Positions 23,155 to 36,690 of a stretch of 64,000 bases of DNA are shown here, piece by piece; position 1 is the stretch's first letter, and each line of letters opens with the position of its first letter. The notes below the pieces were generated by a model, which worked only from the letters and a program-made list of their open reading frames with translations, ran no database searches and had not been told where the DNA came from. The position numbers and the translations under genes were made by a program. The DNA is from Felis catus (lineage: Eukaryota). The stretch spans positions 91,576,001-91,640,000 of the forward strand of contig NC_058368.1 of assembly GCF_018350175.1 (NCBI RefSeq), given 5' to 3'.

Positions 23155-23408
23155 GTAAGTTAAAGACTTGTTTTAATTTTGGTGGTGGTTTTTAAAATTA
23201 ATTTAGCTTGGTGACCCTTCGATGAGTAATTTTGACTTCTAAGACTGGTTATAGCCTGATTTTTAACCTAAAAGGATCATCCTTCTTTACCTTTTGCCTG
23301 GAATTATGTTGAGAATCAAAAAGATGCTCATATGCAAGCCTTTTGAAATATGTAACGTTTTTTGTGTCTTTACTGATCTTCATGTTGACTCAACTCTTGT
23401 TTCTCTAG

Positions 23409-23538
23409 AAACGTGATGAACGCACTCTGAAAAACACAGATATCAAAGTTGTTGACTTTGGAAGTGCAACATACGATGATGAACATCATAGTACTTTGGT
23501 TTCTACACGGCATTACAGAGCTCCAGAGGTCATTTTGG
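23409..23538 (+). CDS. CLK4: CLK4 exon 9 (DFG...STRHYRAPE)
   Basis: ctctag| acceptor, 130 nt, G|GTCAGT donor. Confidence 0.97.
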
Positions 23539-24339
23539 GTCAGTAGACACTACTCTTCCTGATACTGTAATTAAAGATGAGGTTTTCTTTTCTCCATGCC
23601 TTTTACTTAGGGGATGGGTGTGATTTTCTTAGTGTACAGAAAATAGTAACTATCTTAAAAATTGGACATTGCTATAAATATTCTTCCTGAGTGGGAAAAA
23701 TGGGATACCATTTGTAAAGATATTCCAGGTGGTTATTTTTTAAACATGCTAATCTTACAAGATCCTGAAAGGGCAAGTTCTTTTGGCTAAGTACATCACA
23801 GCAATGTGATTTTTGAAGTGATGTGGGTACCTATTTTCATGTCACAAAAGCATGGTACTATAGAAATGCTAAAGGTCTGGTTGGCAGACATCTGAGTCAA
23901 GGGCCAGGCGGAGGTCAAGAAGAAAGAGGGGGCTAGTCTAAGAGGAGAGCTTCTTTGATAATCATTGACACCAGAAAGGTTAAAGAAGAAAGTGACTTAA
24001 GGTGCGGAGTTTGGAAGTAAGAGGGAACTCAGGGAGTGTGTATCTTATGTCTTAAGATGTCAGAGACTAGGTCTTGTTTATGGAGTGGAGGAGAAGAGGT
24101 TGGGGGCTTGGAGAGAGTGGGAGAAGTTTAGATCAGATGCTCTTGAGAGATACATGGAATAAGCTTATTAGCCAAAAGTAAGGTCCAACTGAGTTTGCTA
24201 GTAGAAATTTTAGAGTCAGTTTCCAGTTTTCACATGTGCTGGTAGGAGTTGGTAATTCAGAATAAGAGTAGGAAAGCACACTAACAGTTTTTACCCACGG
24301 TGGAGGATTGGTAAAGGTGTAAGGAAATTGAGATTAGGC

Positions 24340-24535
24340 AGTGCTTGTCAGTAGTACTTTCCATGTGATGGAAACCTTCTATATCTGCATTGTCCAGTAT
24401 GGTAGCCATTGGCCACATGTGGGCTTCTCTGTACTTGCAGTGTGGCCACTGTGACTGAGGAACTGAATTCTAAATTTTATGTTAATTTAAATGTTAGATG
24501 TAAAACAGCCTCATGTGGCCAGTGACTACAAAGTT
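24340..24535. mobile_element. MER3-like MITE remnant
   Basis: gtgatggaaa...ctatatctgcattgtccagtatggtagccattggccacatgtgg...gtgactgaggaactgaatt. Confidence 0.65.
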
Positions 24536-26778
24536 AGCAAAAATTTCGAGCTTGTCTTTGAAATGAATGATCATACCATTTCTGCTTCATATGGTCTGAA
24601 AGGAGCTGTTGTGTTGCAATAGTTTAGGAAAGGAGTGTGGGAAAAGTTTGTGGACAGAGAGGCATTTTCAGAGCTTAAAAAGACATAACTTTGTGTGTTG
24701 TCAGTTTTAAGAGGTGGATTCCCCCCTCACATTTTAACATGGGGAGCACAACACAAAATAATTGGCATTTTTGCTTTGTTATTGGTGCATAAAATAGTCA
24801 TACATCTTACTGACCTCCTAGATTGGATAAGATATAGTATTCTTAGTAGTGACAATAACACAGTTCCAAGTATGGCCAGGCTAGAAAGATCGATCATATA
24901 AATTCAAAATTGGGGTTATTGGTTTTGAGGAAAAGAGGTTGGGAAAGGTCCTTTGTGTTTTTGTGGAGTGTTAATCCTGAGGATTAAGGCAGAATTAGGT
25001 TGGAGAGGAAGATGTAGTCATGCAGTTGGTCTCACGTGTCTGGTATTGTAGTAAAGACATGAAGCTGGGAGAGGTTGGTAGAAGTGAACGATGGGGCATT
25101 CCAAAGAGTATGAGGACCAACTTCTCAGAACAAGATGATTTAGAATGGTGTGTGGCAGAGGGTTACAGTCACCTAGGAAGAAGCTGGATAAGAATGGCTG
25201 GAGAAGATAGATGTTCATTTTAGGTCCAAGATCTATCAATTGCAGATTTTTTTATGTGTCACTGTAGGTGGACTCCTGCTCAGTTACCCATTTGTTGAAA
25301 TGATAGGCACAGGCACTGTGAGGGTTAACTAAAATGACTTAAAAAAAAAAAAAGTGAATAAATAAAACAACCAAAATCATAGTTAAGGTTTTTGAACATT
25401 TTGTTTATTCCTTTTTCTTTAAATTCGTTTATGTTACTGAAAGTAATTAAAATGTCCTTTAAAGTAGGTTTTATTGGGCCACTTAGGTGACTGGCTCAGT
25501 CAATTAAGCATCTCAACTCTTGATTTCAGCTCAGGTCATGATCTCACAGTTCAAGGGATTTAGCCCCAAGTCAGGCTCCATGCTGACAGCACAGAGGCTG
25601 CTTGGGACTCTCTCTCCCTTTCTCTGCCCTGCATGTGCATATGTGTGTACATCTCTGTCCCTCAGAGTAAATCAACTTAAAAAATGATAAAGTAGGTTTT
25701 ATTTATACATTATTGTTTTACTAAGTACTTGATCTTTAAAATTTTGAAACATCTGTATGATTTACTCTTCTCCTTTCTAATTAAGTACCTTAAGACTAGG
25801 TATTTTATTTTTTCCTGAATAGTATTGCCATTGAGAATTGTGAAGGTGGAGGTATATATAATCATGTACAGACAGCCTGAAAAGTACATAGATAAGTAGA
25901 TCTCTCTCTGTGAACTTTAAATAGCTCTATAATTCTTATAACATAACTGCTTATAATACCCATTTATAATCTTAGTTTATCTAAAACCATGGTTTTTTGT
26001 TTTTTTGAGAGAGTGGGAACAGGAGAGGGGCAGAGGGAATCTTAAGCAGACTCCACGCCTAGCACGGAGCCCAAGGGAAGGGCATGAAATCATGATCCTT
26101 TTTTTTTTTTTTTTAAAAGTTTGTGAGAGAGAGCAGAGTGCATGAGTGGGGGAGGGGCTGAGAGAGAGGGAGACAGAATCCCAAGCAGGCTCCATGCTGT
26201 CAGTGTAGAGCCCACTGTGGGGCTTAATCTCATGAAGCAAACCCTGAGATCATGACCTGAGCCAAAATCGGGAGTTGACGCTTGACCCACTCAACCACCC
26301 AGGCACCACCACCCCCTCCCTGGTTCTTGTTGTTTTAATGCAAGAAGTAAACTCAGGCATTAAGTTGGTAAGTTGAGAAGTGGTTAGTAGTTACATTCTG
26401 AGCTTGTCAACCTGTATTTGCTATAATAAAATGTAAAATTTCCTAGAACCATCATGAACTGCGAGTAACAATGCTCCCCATTGCACACAGATCAGAGAAT
26501 ATGGAGTATTTGCACAAATTGATAGTTATACTTGGAAAATATTTGCTAATCTCTCTCTTACTTTACATAAAATGCTCCCTCCCCCACAATAAACACTAAT
26601 TTGATGTAAAGATATGGAGAATTGTGAGAGCATACCGAGTAACATTTTACGTGAAACTAAAATATAACCCTGGAGTTTACCATCTTATTTATTGTAAAGA
26701 GAGCATGCATAGAGGGAAGGGATATGGTACATTGGCAGTTAAAAATTGTTGCGTATAGAAGTGTTTTTGTTTTTACAG

Positions 26779-26861
26779 CTTTAGGTTGGTCTCAACCTTG
26801 TGATGTTTGGAGCATAGGGTGCATTCTTATTGAATATTACCTTGGTTTCACAGTCTTCCAG
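26779..26861 (+). CDS. CLK4: CLK4 exon 10 ([14 protein letters not shown])
   Basis: ttacag| acceptor, 83 nt, CAG|GTATGT donor. Confidence 0.97.
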
Positions 26862-28740
26862 GTATGTATTTAGTAAATGCCATTCCATAATTAATTTTCA
26901 GTGTTAAGAGCATGTTAAAATTTTGGCCTGCGTTTTGAAAAGTTGCTGTAGTGTTAATATTAAAACTTACATAAAATGGGGAGGCTGGGTGGCTCAGTTT
27001 GTTGAGCACCTCTTGATTTCGGCTCAGGTCATGATCCCAGGGTTGTGGGATTGAGCCCCGTGTTGGGCTCTGTGCTGTGTGTGGAACCTGCTTGGGATTC
27101 TCCCTCTCTTTCTCTTTCCCTCTGCCCCTGTCCTCCACTCATGTGCTCTCTGTCTCTCTCAAATAAAAAAACTCCCCAGAAAACCCTTATATGTGCAGAA
27201 TGGTCATCCTCTAAAACCATAGTTGGATGAAATACTGCTCTTGGTGAGTGTTCATAATTCTGTTTTGCATGTGATTGGAGTTTTTCTCACATGGTTCATA
27301 TTGTCTTGTGTTCTCATTTTTTTATTGAGCTCCTGCATAAATTTGTATTAGCATTACTGTGGCCAGTGATAATTCAGTTCTGGTTGTGCTGACTACCACG
27401 GCCATGAGCAAGTCACTCCGTTTTATAAAATAATTCAGGAACAAGAAGTCATATTTTATTGTGACATCTTAGGCACATTTTAAGGCACTATGTGTTTAAA
27501 GTTGGAAAGACAACATCTCTGTCCTCCAGGTAGTCATGTAAAAGATAAATGTGGGAAAGCTTACAGTGTAATGTGTTATTTGCTATAATGGAACAATGTA
27601 GAAAGTGTAGTGGGAACCCAGGAAAGATGGAGGGTTAAATTTCTTCAGAGAAGGTGTCACCGAGAAAGTAAGGAGTTTAAGCCAGTTGCCAGAAGGATGG
27701 TTAGAGGTTTGTCAGAAAACTGGAGAGAGTGGGGGCCAGCTCAGGAAGATCTTGTACCCATAAATGTGTAGATACACAAAAGAGCATTCTCTAGTCAGGG
27801 AACAGTAGTTAGTGCTGTCAGACTGTCTTGCATAAATGGGGAAGTGAGGTCAGGCAAGGACTGACTCATCATGGACTTGTTTGGATAGAAAGGTACTTGT
27901 TTCCTAGAAGTTCATGGTTTCCAGAATGTGGACTAATCCAAAGTGAAAATGATTTTGTAAGTTTGTCATTCTGGCCTTTATTTCGAGATTATCCCTGTAG
28001 CTTTTTTGTTTTGGGTACTGAAATGTCCTTTTCATGGAATGATGATAATAGTTGTTGATAGTTAATTTTCTAAAATTAAAGTCCTGATTTGGCAAAACAA
28101 AAAGTAGGAAGCCATATTTAAGTCTCTGCTTTTTTCCCTTGTAATTCTCCTTACAACTGACATCTAACAGTCTTGGAAGATCTAGGTTGTGCACCCACTG
28201 AAGAAGGGTTCTAATGTGGTCAAAGTGTTGTGATTTGTTGTAGGGGTCAAGGGTGCAGATTTGGTGGATTCTGGTTCCTGCTGTTGAGGTTGATTTGAAG
28301 TTGGGGGCCATGCAGGGTGGAGAGGAAGCTATGACAAGTAAGAGTCACTTAGGTGGTGGCTCTTGTAGAATGTGTGTTCACTGCTTGTTGGACCCCGTTG
28401 TCAGACTTCTCCTGTTTCTAATCCATTGATCCATAGAGACCCTATTAAAAGTACTCTGAGTTCGTAGACAAGCTTGATACCTACAACCATAGTGACTACT
28501 CAGTTCTTGGAGGTGGCATCTGGTCTTGTAAGCTGAAGGTCAAGAAAAAGTTGAGTAGAGTGCGTGCATGATTTCTTCATTCTGACACACAAAATAGTTG
28601 CTTCACATAATCTGTGATTATAAATCACTCTGTGGTCATAAGTGCAGATTATTAACATTGGTTTGAGATAAAGTTTCTATTTGGAATTGCATCCTCCAAA
28701 ATATTCTTCAACTAAGGAACTTCTTAAAAATGTGGAGCTA

Positions 28741-29618
28741 GCTCTTTGCTGCATCTACTGCAAGAATGAAGACGATTCTTGGCAGTCAGACCATCGACAT
28801 TCCAGAAAATGTCAACATCACTGTGAAGGGAGGCACTGTTACTGTGAACCGCTCCAGAGGAACCCAGTCATCTCCGTGTACTCTGTCTCCTGGGAAAGAA
28901 AAAGAAGAGGCTCTAGGTTGACAAAAATGGTGGGGAATTAGTGCAAGCAGAGTAGCCAGTTCTTTTTTGTCCATACAGAACATGGTCAAGGGTGTTACGC
29001 TGGGCTTCCATTAGAAGATGACGTCTGTGTATGCTCATTTCCCCATCATCGTTGTTACTCAGGAGAGTGGTTTCTCTTGTTGAAATGCAGAATTTCTTGG
29101 GTGAAAAATACATCTGCAGGATTCAGATGAGGCCAGGTGTTGCTTGTTCAGTATCTCTCAGAAGCCCAGAAAGATGAGTTCTTGAAGGAAATGATATTGA
29201 ACTTGTATCAAACTCAGCCGCTTTGATTTAGCTAGTTACAACAGTTAAAAACAAGGATATCAGAAAAGTTTGGAGTTGTATCTGAAAAAGGAACTGTTCA
29301 ACAGACTTGTGAATAAGATCTAAGTTGTCCAGCTACAGAATAACAAGATGCTGGATGATTTTTCAACTTCTTTGTGATACGTATTTTTAAAAATTTATTT
29401 TGAGATAGCATGAGTGGGATAGGGGCAGAGAGAAAGAGAGAGAAAAAACTCCAAGCTGCACTGCACTGACAGTGCAGAGCCCAGTGCAGGGCTCGAACTC
29501 ATGACGCTTAACCTGAGCCGAAGTCGGATGCTTAACCAAGCCACCCAGGCACCCCTTATTTGTGATATTTTAAAGATGCAATAAAAGCTGTATTGGTTTG
29601 GAAAATAAAAAAATAAAA
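28741..29618 (+). pseudogene. RPL9: Processed pseudogene of ribosomal protein L9 in CLK4 intron 10
   Basis: Pyrimidine-rich 5' end, ATG 28766 ([22 protein letters not shown]), intronless match to TAA 29314-29316 with deletions and stops. AATAAA 29580-29585, A-rich tail 29602-29618. Degenerate TSD AAAAATGTGGAGCTA 28726-28740 / AAAAGTGTGGGGTTA 29615-29629. Confidence 0.95.
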
Positions 29619-30505
29619 GTGTGGGGTTAATATTACTTAACTCCTGTCATGAATTAGGGCCTTAACATTTTGGAAGCAATGTGCTAGAAACAATAGGTTG
29701 ATAGATTTTAAAAAGCCTCTGCTCTTCAGATTGAGGAGTTGGCAGATGATATTCTGTCTGATGCCTGCTTTTAAACAAAAAAGAATATGTGACACAGACC
29801 ATTTGTAACCAGCCAGGTCTAAAATATTTACTGTTTGGACCTTTACAAAAGTTTGCCAACCTCTGATCTAGGAGCATACCGTTCCAGCTCTAAGCGTGCC
29901 AGTTTTCTCTCTTCCACTTGAGCCAAAACTCTGTTCCTATTATGATTGAAGATGAGTTTTGACTTAGATTCATAGCTACGTTTTCTCATTCATGAGCTAT
30001 ATGACCTTGGGCTAGTATCTTAACTCCTTTGAAACTCATGTTCCCACATAACGAGCTCAGGATTGTTGTGAGAATTATTACAACTGTATTTTTATTGCCC
30101 AGGAATAGTAAATGTTAACACGTGGATCTTCATTAGTGAATAAAGTCAGTTTTGGGTCAGCAGCTGATTAAATGAGGAGACCATTTTTCTGGTACTGTTC
30201 CCTAGTCATTCTTCAGTAAACAGTGCAAGAAATGAAAACAAATAAGGAAATTGTTCAGTTTCACATTAAATTATGTGTCTAATCCACTTGCTATACAGAA
30301 CTTACGTTGGATATCAGACTTTAGTTTTATTGGTTTATACCAGCTAATATAGCTCATTCAGTATTGTTCCATCTTTGAAGTAGAGGGTGATATAAACTAT
30401 GCAGCTCTCTAGTCCTTTTGTGTCAGCGCTGTTTTCTTATATTTTCCTTTATTGTGCAAGTAGGGGAAGGGAAAGTGCTAAATTTCTTTTTCCTTTGTGT
30501 TTTAG

Positions 30506-30585
30506 ACTCATGATAGTAAAGAGCACCTGGCAATGATGGAACGAATATTAGGACCCATACCAACACACATGATTCAGAAAACAAG
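30506..30585 (+). CDS. CLK4: CLK4 exon 11 (LAMMER signature [11 protein letters not shown])
   Basis: ttttag| acceptor, 80 nt, AAG|GTATGC donor. Confidence 0.98.
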
Positions 30586-31240
30586 GTATGCTCTAAGATG
30601 AAAGCCCTTTCTTGGGAATGGGCAGTGGCCTGTATTCAAACTACAGAAAACGCAACTTTGTTGTTATTGCTTGTTCCAGGACTTCAGATTTCGAATTTTT
30701 TTTCCTCCATAAAGTCAAATTTTTAACAAGTAATGCAGTATGTAATGCAGTAATGTGATCTAATAAACAAAGCGTCTTTTTACACTCCAGTTAAACTTTG
30801 CAGAAGTGTTTTCCTAACTTGCTATAAACATAATAGAGTAGTAAAAAACAGCTTGATTTTTGGAGAGTTCTAGCAGTTTACGTTTGTATTCCATACTATC
30901 ACTAGCTAGCTGTGTGTCTTTGCACAGGATGCTAGAGTGGTTGGCAAATAGCTTCACCCCATTCCAAACCTAGTGAAATCCACATTCACAGGAATGGATC
31001 CATGTGCGGTACATGAACCACTCAGGTGGGGCACGAGAGCCTCAGAGGGTGCAAGATTAAGGAAGATGTTTTAGAAAATATGTCTGATCTAGTATGTCAT
31101 TGCGGGAATTTAAAAAAATTGTATGCGTGTGTGTGTGTCTACATAGATAGATGTTCATGCTTCCAGCTGTTCCAGTGAGGTCAGAGTAAACGTGTGGCTC
31201 TTGTATTGTTTTTACTGATCCAGACTTCTTTTTCTTGTAG

Positions 31241-31331
31241 AAAACGCAAGTATTTTCACCATAACCAGCTAGATTGGGATGAACATAGTTCTGCTGGTAG
31301 ATATGTTAGGAGACGCTGCAAACCATTAAAG
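31241..31331 (+). CDS. CLK4: CLK4 exon 12
   Basis: ttgtag| acceptor, 91 nt, AAG|GTAAAA donor; [30 protein letters not shown]. Confidence 0.97.
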
Positions 31332-31422
31332 GTAAAAAGAAAACAAAAAGATTATAAAGGTTAAAAAAAAAGTTTTTAAAAATTTTAAAATCTTTCTTCA
31401 ACAAAAATATTTCTTTCCCCAG

Positions 31423-31563
31423 GAATTTATGCTTTCTCATGACGAAGAACATGAGAAACTGTTTGACCTGGTACGAAGAATGTTAGAATATGATCCAGTG
31501 AAAAGAATTACCTTGGATGAAGCCTTGCAGCATCCTTTCTTTGACTTATTAAAAAAGAAATGA
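31423..31563 (+). CDS. CLK4: CLK4 exon 13 coding part (ends [10 protein letters not shown])
   Basis: ccccag| acceptor after a 91-nt intron; TGA at 31561-31563. Summed exon lengths give 1446 nt. Confidence 0.97.
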   Translation, partial: EFMLSHDEEHEKLFDLVRRMLEYDPVKRITLDEALQHPFFDLLKKK

Positions 31564-32205
31564 AATGGAAATCAGTGGTCTTACTATATACTTCTCTAGA
31601 AGAGATTACTTAAGACTGTGTCAGTCAACTCTAAACATTCTAATATTTTTGTAAACATTAAATTATTTTGTACAGTTAAGTGTAAATACTGTATGTTTTG
31701 TATCAATAGCATAATTACCTTGTTAAGCAAGTATGGTCTTGATAATGAATGAACTATACAAGTTAAATTTTTTTCTTTTTGAGATTAATTACCATTTTTA
31801 AAGACCTTTGGAATATTCTTTGTGTCCAGTGATAAACGTGATTGATCTTGTCTTTTGTACATGGAGGTCAACTCTTTGAAGTGATTTTTTTGAGTAAAAG
31901 GAAATCTTGACTACTTTATTCTTAATGAATATTCTTTATATACCTCAAATCCAGAACTTTTCTTAACTTTAAAGTTTTTTTCTGTAATTGTTGAACAGGT
32001 AATAAGTATTATTAACTCCCAATAGGCAGGTATTGGAAACCAAAACCCATAGGAAATGTTTACTGTTGGAATTTCATTAAATTTTAAGAATTGTATTTTG
32101 TCTCCTTGGGTGATGTCAGTGGTGAGAAGTAGAATTCATGAAAAGGCATCCAATTTGTCGATCATGACAGATGTTTTTTAATAAAAGCACATACTTCATT
32201 TAAGA
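31564..32205 (+). terminator. CLK4: CLK4 3' UTR with candidate poly(A) signals
   Basis: AT-rich, repeat-free sequence after the stop; ATTAAA at 31657-31662 and AATAAA at 32180-32185. Confidence 0.75.
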
Positions 32206-32928
32206 TTAAAGTCCCAACTGGACAGTCACATCAGAAATAGGAATTCTGATGCCTCTGAGGGTTAATTTTTTTTTAAGTTTATTTTTGAGAGAGACAGTGT
32301 GAGTGGGGGAGGGGCAGAGAGAGGGAGACACAGAATCCAAAGCAGGCTCCAGGCTCTGAGCTCTCAACACAGATCCCGATGCAGGGCTCAGACTCAAAAA
32401 CCGTGAAATCATGACCTGAGCTGAAGTTGGTTGCTGAACTGACTGAGCCACCCAGGTGCCCCTGAGGATTAATTTTTAATACCAAATCGTGAGGAGTCTT
32501 GAAATTTTCTAGCATCAGTTTCCGTATTAAATGAAGTAAGTCACTTCACTCAGCCTATGAGAATTAAGGTTATTAAGCAATTTATATTTGTGATAATCTT
32601 TACTGGAGCAAAAGAATGATGTGATTGGAAAACACTTAGGGAAGAAACCTCTGCAGAAATTTCCAGACCATAATTGGTTGGTTAACATGATAGTTTTTGT
32701 TTGCCTATAGGTGTTTTTTCTTACTGTTACCTGTTTTCACATTAGAAACTATAGGGTAGGGACACCTGAGTGGCTCAGTCTGTTAAGGTTCTAACTTTGG
32801 CTCAGGTCATGATCTCATGGTTTGAGCCCTGCATGGGGCTTTCTGCTGTTGGCAGAGCCAGCTTTGGATCCTCTGTACCCTCTTCTCTCTGTTCCTCCCC
32901 AGTGTGTGCACTCGCGTGCATGCGCTCA

Positions 32929-32932
<4 letters not shown>

Positions 32933-32989
<57 letters not shown>
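32933..32989. repeat. (CT)n microsatellite expanded in a SINE tail
   Basis: Directly visible. Confidence 0.95.
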
Positions 32990-32992
<3 letters not shown>

Positions 32993-33419
32993 ATTAAAGA
33001 GGAGGAGGAAACTACATACATGTTAATTTAGTAAACAAGAACTGCCAGGTAGAAATATTTTTGGTTGTAGAATCCATAATTATTTAGATACAAGGGTTTT
33101 TTTATCGAAAGTATTGTCATTTTATGTGCACTACACTAGAATTTAAGTAGTCTATATATTTTAAACATAGAACACATGGAATTTTTTCATATGACAAACC
33201 ACGAAACCAGGCTGGGTTCCCTACATTATTCACAGGCAGCATTGGCCAATATAACAAGGTTTATGTTTCAGAATTTGACTAGAAATTTAAGAAAGCTGAC
33301 ATTTTACCATAGAATCACTGCGTGAATTATGCTTACGCTTCTGATGCAGTCCAAATATAGTAAATGTGCCCTCATAATAGTTGAACTATATTCTGTGTGA
33401 CAAGGTTTTTTTGTTTTCT

Positions 33420-34585
33420 CTCAAGTTTTTATTTAAATTCCAGTTAACATACAGTGTAATATTTGTTTCAGGTATAGAATTTTGACTCCACACTGAACAA
33501 TACATAGTGCTCATCACAGTTGCAGTCCTTAGGTGAGCCTGAGTGGCTCAGTCAGTTAAGTGTCTAACTTTGGCTCGGGTCCCTATCTTGTAGTTCGTGA
33601 GTTCGAGCCCTGCATTGGGCTCTGTGCTGACAGCTGGGAGCCTGGAGCCGGCTTCAGATTCTGTGTCTCCCTCTCTCTCTGCCCCTTCCCCGCTCACACG
33701 TTCTCTCAAAAACATTTAACCAGCGCGCTCCTTAATCCCCGTCACCTGTTCAACCCATCTCCCCCACTCACCTCCCCTCTGGTAATCCATCAATTCTTAG
33801 TTAAGAGTCTTTCTTGGTTTTCCTCCCTTTTTTTTTTTTTTACCCGCTATGTTCATTTGGTTTCTTAAAATCCACATAGGTATTTATTTTGACTTACTTC
33901 ATGTAGCATGATACTCTAGCTCCATCCATGTTGCAAATGGCAAGATTTCATTCTTTTTTATGGCCGAGTAATACTCCGTGTGTGTCTGTGTGTGTGAACA
34001 CACCTTTTGTTTTTTGGGAGAGTGCATGCATGAGCAGGGAGAGGTGAAAGGGAGAGAATCCCAAACAGGCTCCATGCTGTCAACACAGTCCAATGGGCTC
34101 GATCGCACAAACCATGAGATCATGACCTGAGTGGAAATCAGGAGTCAAGACATTTAACTGAAGCACCCAAGCACCCCTTACATCTTTACCTATCATCTTT
34201 ACCCATCACTTGATGGGCTCTTTTCCATAATTTGTCTATAGATAGTGCTGCTATAAACATCAGGGTGCATGTATCCCTTCAAATCTGTATTTTTGTATCT
34301 TTTGGTAGATACCTAGTTGTGCAATTGCTAGATCATGGAGTAGTTCTATTTTTAACTTATGAGGAACCTCCATCCTGTTCTCCAGAGTGGCTGCACCAGT
34401 TTGCATTCCCACCAGCAGTGTAAGAGGACTCCTTTGTCCATATCCTCACCAGCACCTGTTTCCTGAGTTGTTAATTTTAGTCATTCTGACAGGTGTGAGG
34501 TGCTCCTTGTAGTTTTGATTTGTATTTCCCTGACGGTGATATTGAGCATCTTTTCATGTGTGTCTGTTGGCCATCTATATGTATG
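33420..34585 (-). mobile_element. Carnivore LINE-1 3' portion interrupted by two CanSINEs
   Basis: Minus strand gives an ORF2 C-terminal remnant (EYYSAIKKNEILPFATWMELE) and a typical L1 3' UTR. Confidence 0.85.
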
Positions 34586-36587
34586 ATGAGGATTTTTAAA
34601 GGAGCATTTGATGTAAAGAGATTTTCCCTGACCCTAACAATGTTGCTATGGAGGTTAAGGTGTCTGCCATCCTTGATTTTCCCCTCTATTTCTATTCTAC
34701 CAGTGCTGCCATATTACCTAAGCCTCTGGCCTATTCCTTACAAGTGCTTCAATTCCCAAATCAGTGTTTGCTTTCTTCATCAGAAATTAACTTTCTCTGA
34801 GTAGCTGAACTTAAGATGTAAGAAGAAAAAAATATCCATGCTATTTTTAAGAAGTTAATGATTGCTAACCCACATTCTCTTCTCAAAAGTATTTACATTC
34901 TTCACAGAGTGTTTGCTAATTCCTAGGTAAAATTTCTAGAATTTTGGAAATTATAGTGAAATTTCACTAAAGATAGAAGAAATGTGTTAGTAGTTAAGGT
35001 GGTACCTCTGGGATCATTATGTATCTATTGCCAACCTTCCCTTCTGTGAGCTCTGAGGTTCTTAGGGATTTATTTATATTTAGCCTTGTGCTTCTGAACT
35101 GATTTCCTTTCTAAGTTTGTTTATATTGAGAGCTTGAGCGCACACGATTGCGGGAGGGGCAGAGAGAGGGACAGAGAATCCCAAGCAGGCTCCGTACTGT
35201 CAGCACAGAGCCTGACACGGGACTTGAACTCATGAACTGTGAGATACGACCTGAGCCAAAATCAAGAGTCGGATGCCCAACCGCCTGAGCCACCCAGGCC
35301 CCCCTGAACTCATTTTCTGAAAGCACCAGATTTTTACCTGATAGTGCCCAGAGCTTCAGCACTGATGGAAAAGTTTAGAATGGCCAATGAATATATATGG
35401 GTCATTTGCAATTAGGTGTTTTTCATAATAATTTGATGCTTCATAGTTTACTGTTTCTAAAACAATTGAAGCTATTTGTTTTTTAAAAACTTTTAGGGGC
35501 ACCTGTGTGGTATGGTTGGTTAAGCGTCTGACTCTTCATCCCGGCTTAGGTCATGACTTCACGGTTCATGAGATTGAGCCCCAAGTGGGTCTTCATGCTG
35601 ACAGTGTGGAGCCTGCTTGGGATTCTCCCCCCTCCCCTCTCTGCCCCTCACTCCCCACTCAATATAAATATCTTTAAAATTTCTTTAATTAAGGCATAAT
35701 TGACATTTTAGTTTTAGGTGTACAGTATATGTATATATTGCAAAGTCTAGTTAACATCCATTACCACACAGTTAAAATTTTTTCTTGTGATGAGAACTTT
35801 AAAAGAAAATTGTTTTTAACATTTTTATTTATTTTTGAGAGACAGAATGCAAGCGGGGGAGGGGCAGAGAGAGAGGGAGACACGGAATCTGAAGCAGGTT
35901 CCAGGTTCTGAGCTGTCAGCACAGAGCTCAACGCGGGGCTTGAACTCACAGACCACAAGATCATGACCTGAGCCAAAGTCGGACATTCAACCGACTGAGC
36001 CACCGAGGTGCCCCGTAAACAAAATATTTTAAATGTAAACATCCAGTGCAGCTTAACAAGTTACATTTTCTTTTTTTTTTTTTAATGTTTATTTTTTAGA
36101 GAGAGTACACACACACGAGAGGAGGGAGGGAGAGGCAGAGAGACATAGAGACACAGAATCTGAAGCAGGCTCCAGGCTCTGAACTGTCAGCACAGAGCCA
36201 GATCTGAGGCTCGAACTTAGGCACCATGAGATCATGACCTGAGCCAAAGTCGGATGCTTAACTGACTGAGCCACCGAGGCACCCCAACAGGCTACATTTT
36301 CAAATACTATGGTCAGAAGGATTCATTACAAATAATAGTATCAACAGTGGTATCAGTAATTGTTGGCTTAGTAGACTGAATGTTTGCAAATAAATAGGTC
36401 GAAACAATTTTAATTCTTAAAAGAGTTGATTATTTTACCTTTTTTTTAAAGTTCATTTATTTTTTAGAGTGTGCATGGAGGAGAGGCAGAGAGAAAGAAT
36501 CCCAAGCCCTGATCATTTTACCAATTTTAAGAGGTTGCTGTCTGCAGCTAAATCCTTAAGCTAAAGCTTTGCTTGGTTAGCTAATTG

Positions 36588-36592
36588 GTTTT

Positions 36593-36659
<67 letters not shown>

Positions 36660-36690
36660 CTTTCTCTCTTTCTCTCTTTCTTTCTTTTTT
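36588..36690. repeat. (CTTT)n microsatellite
   Basis: Directly visible. Confidence 0.95.
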
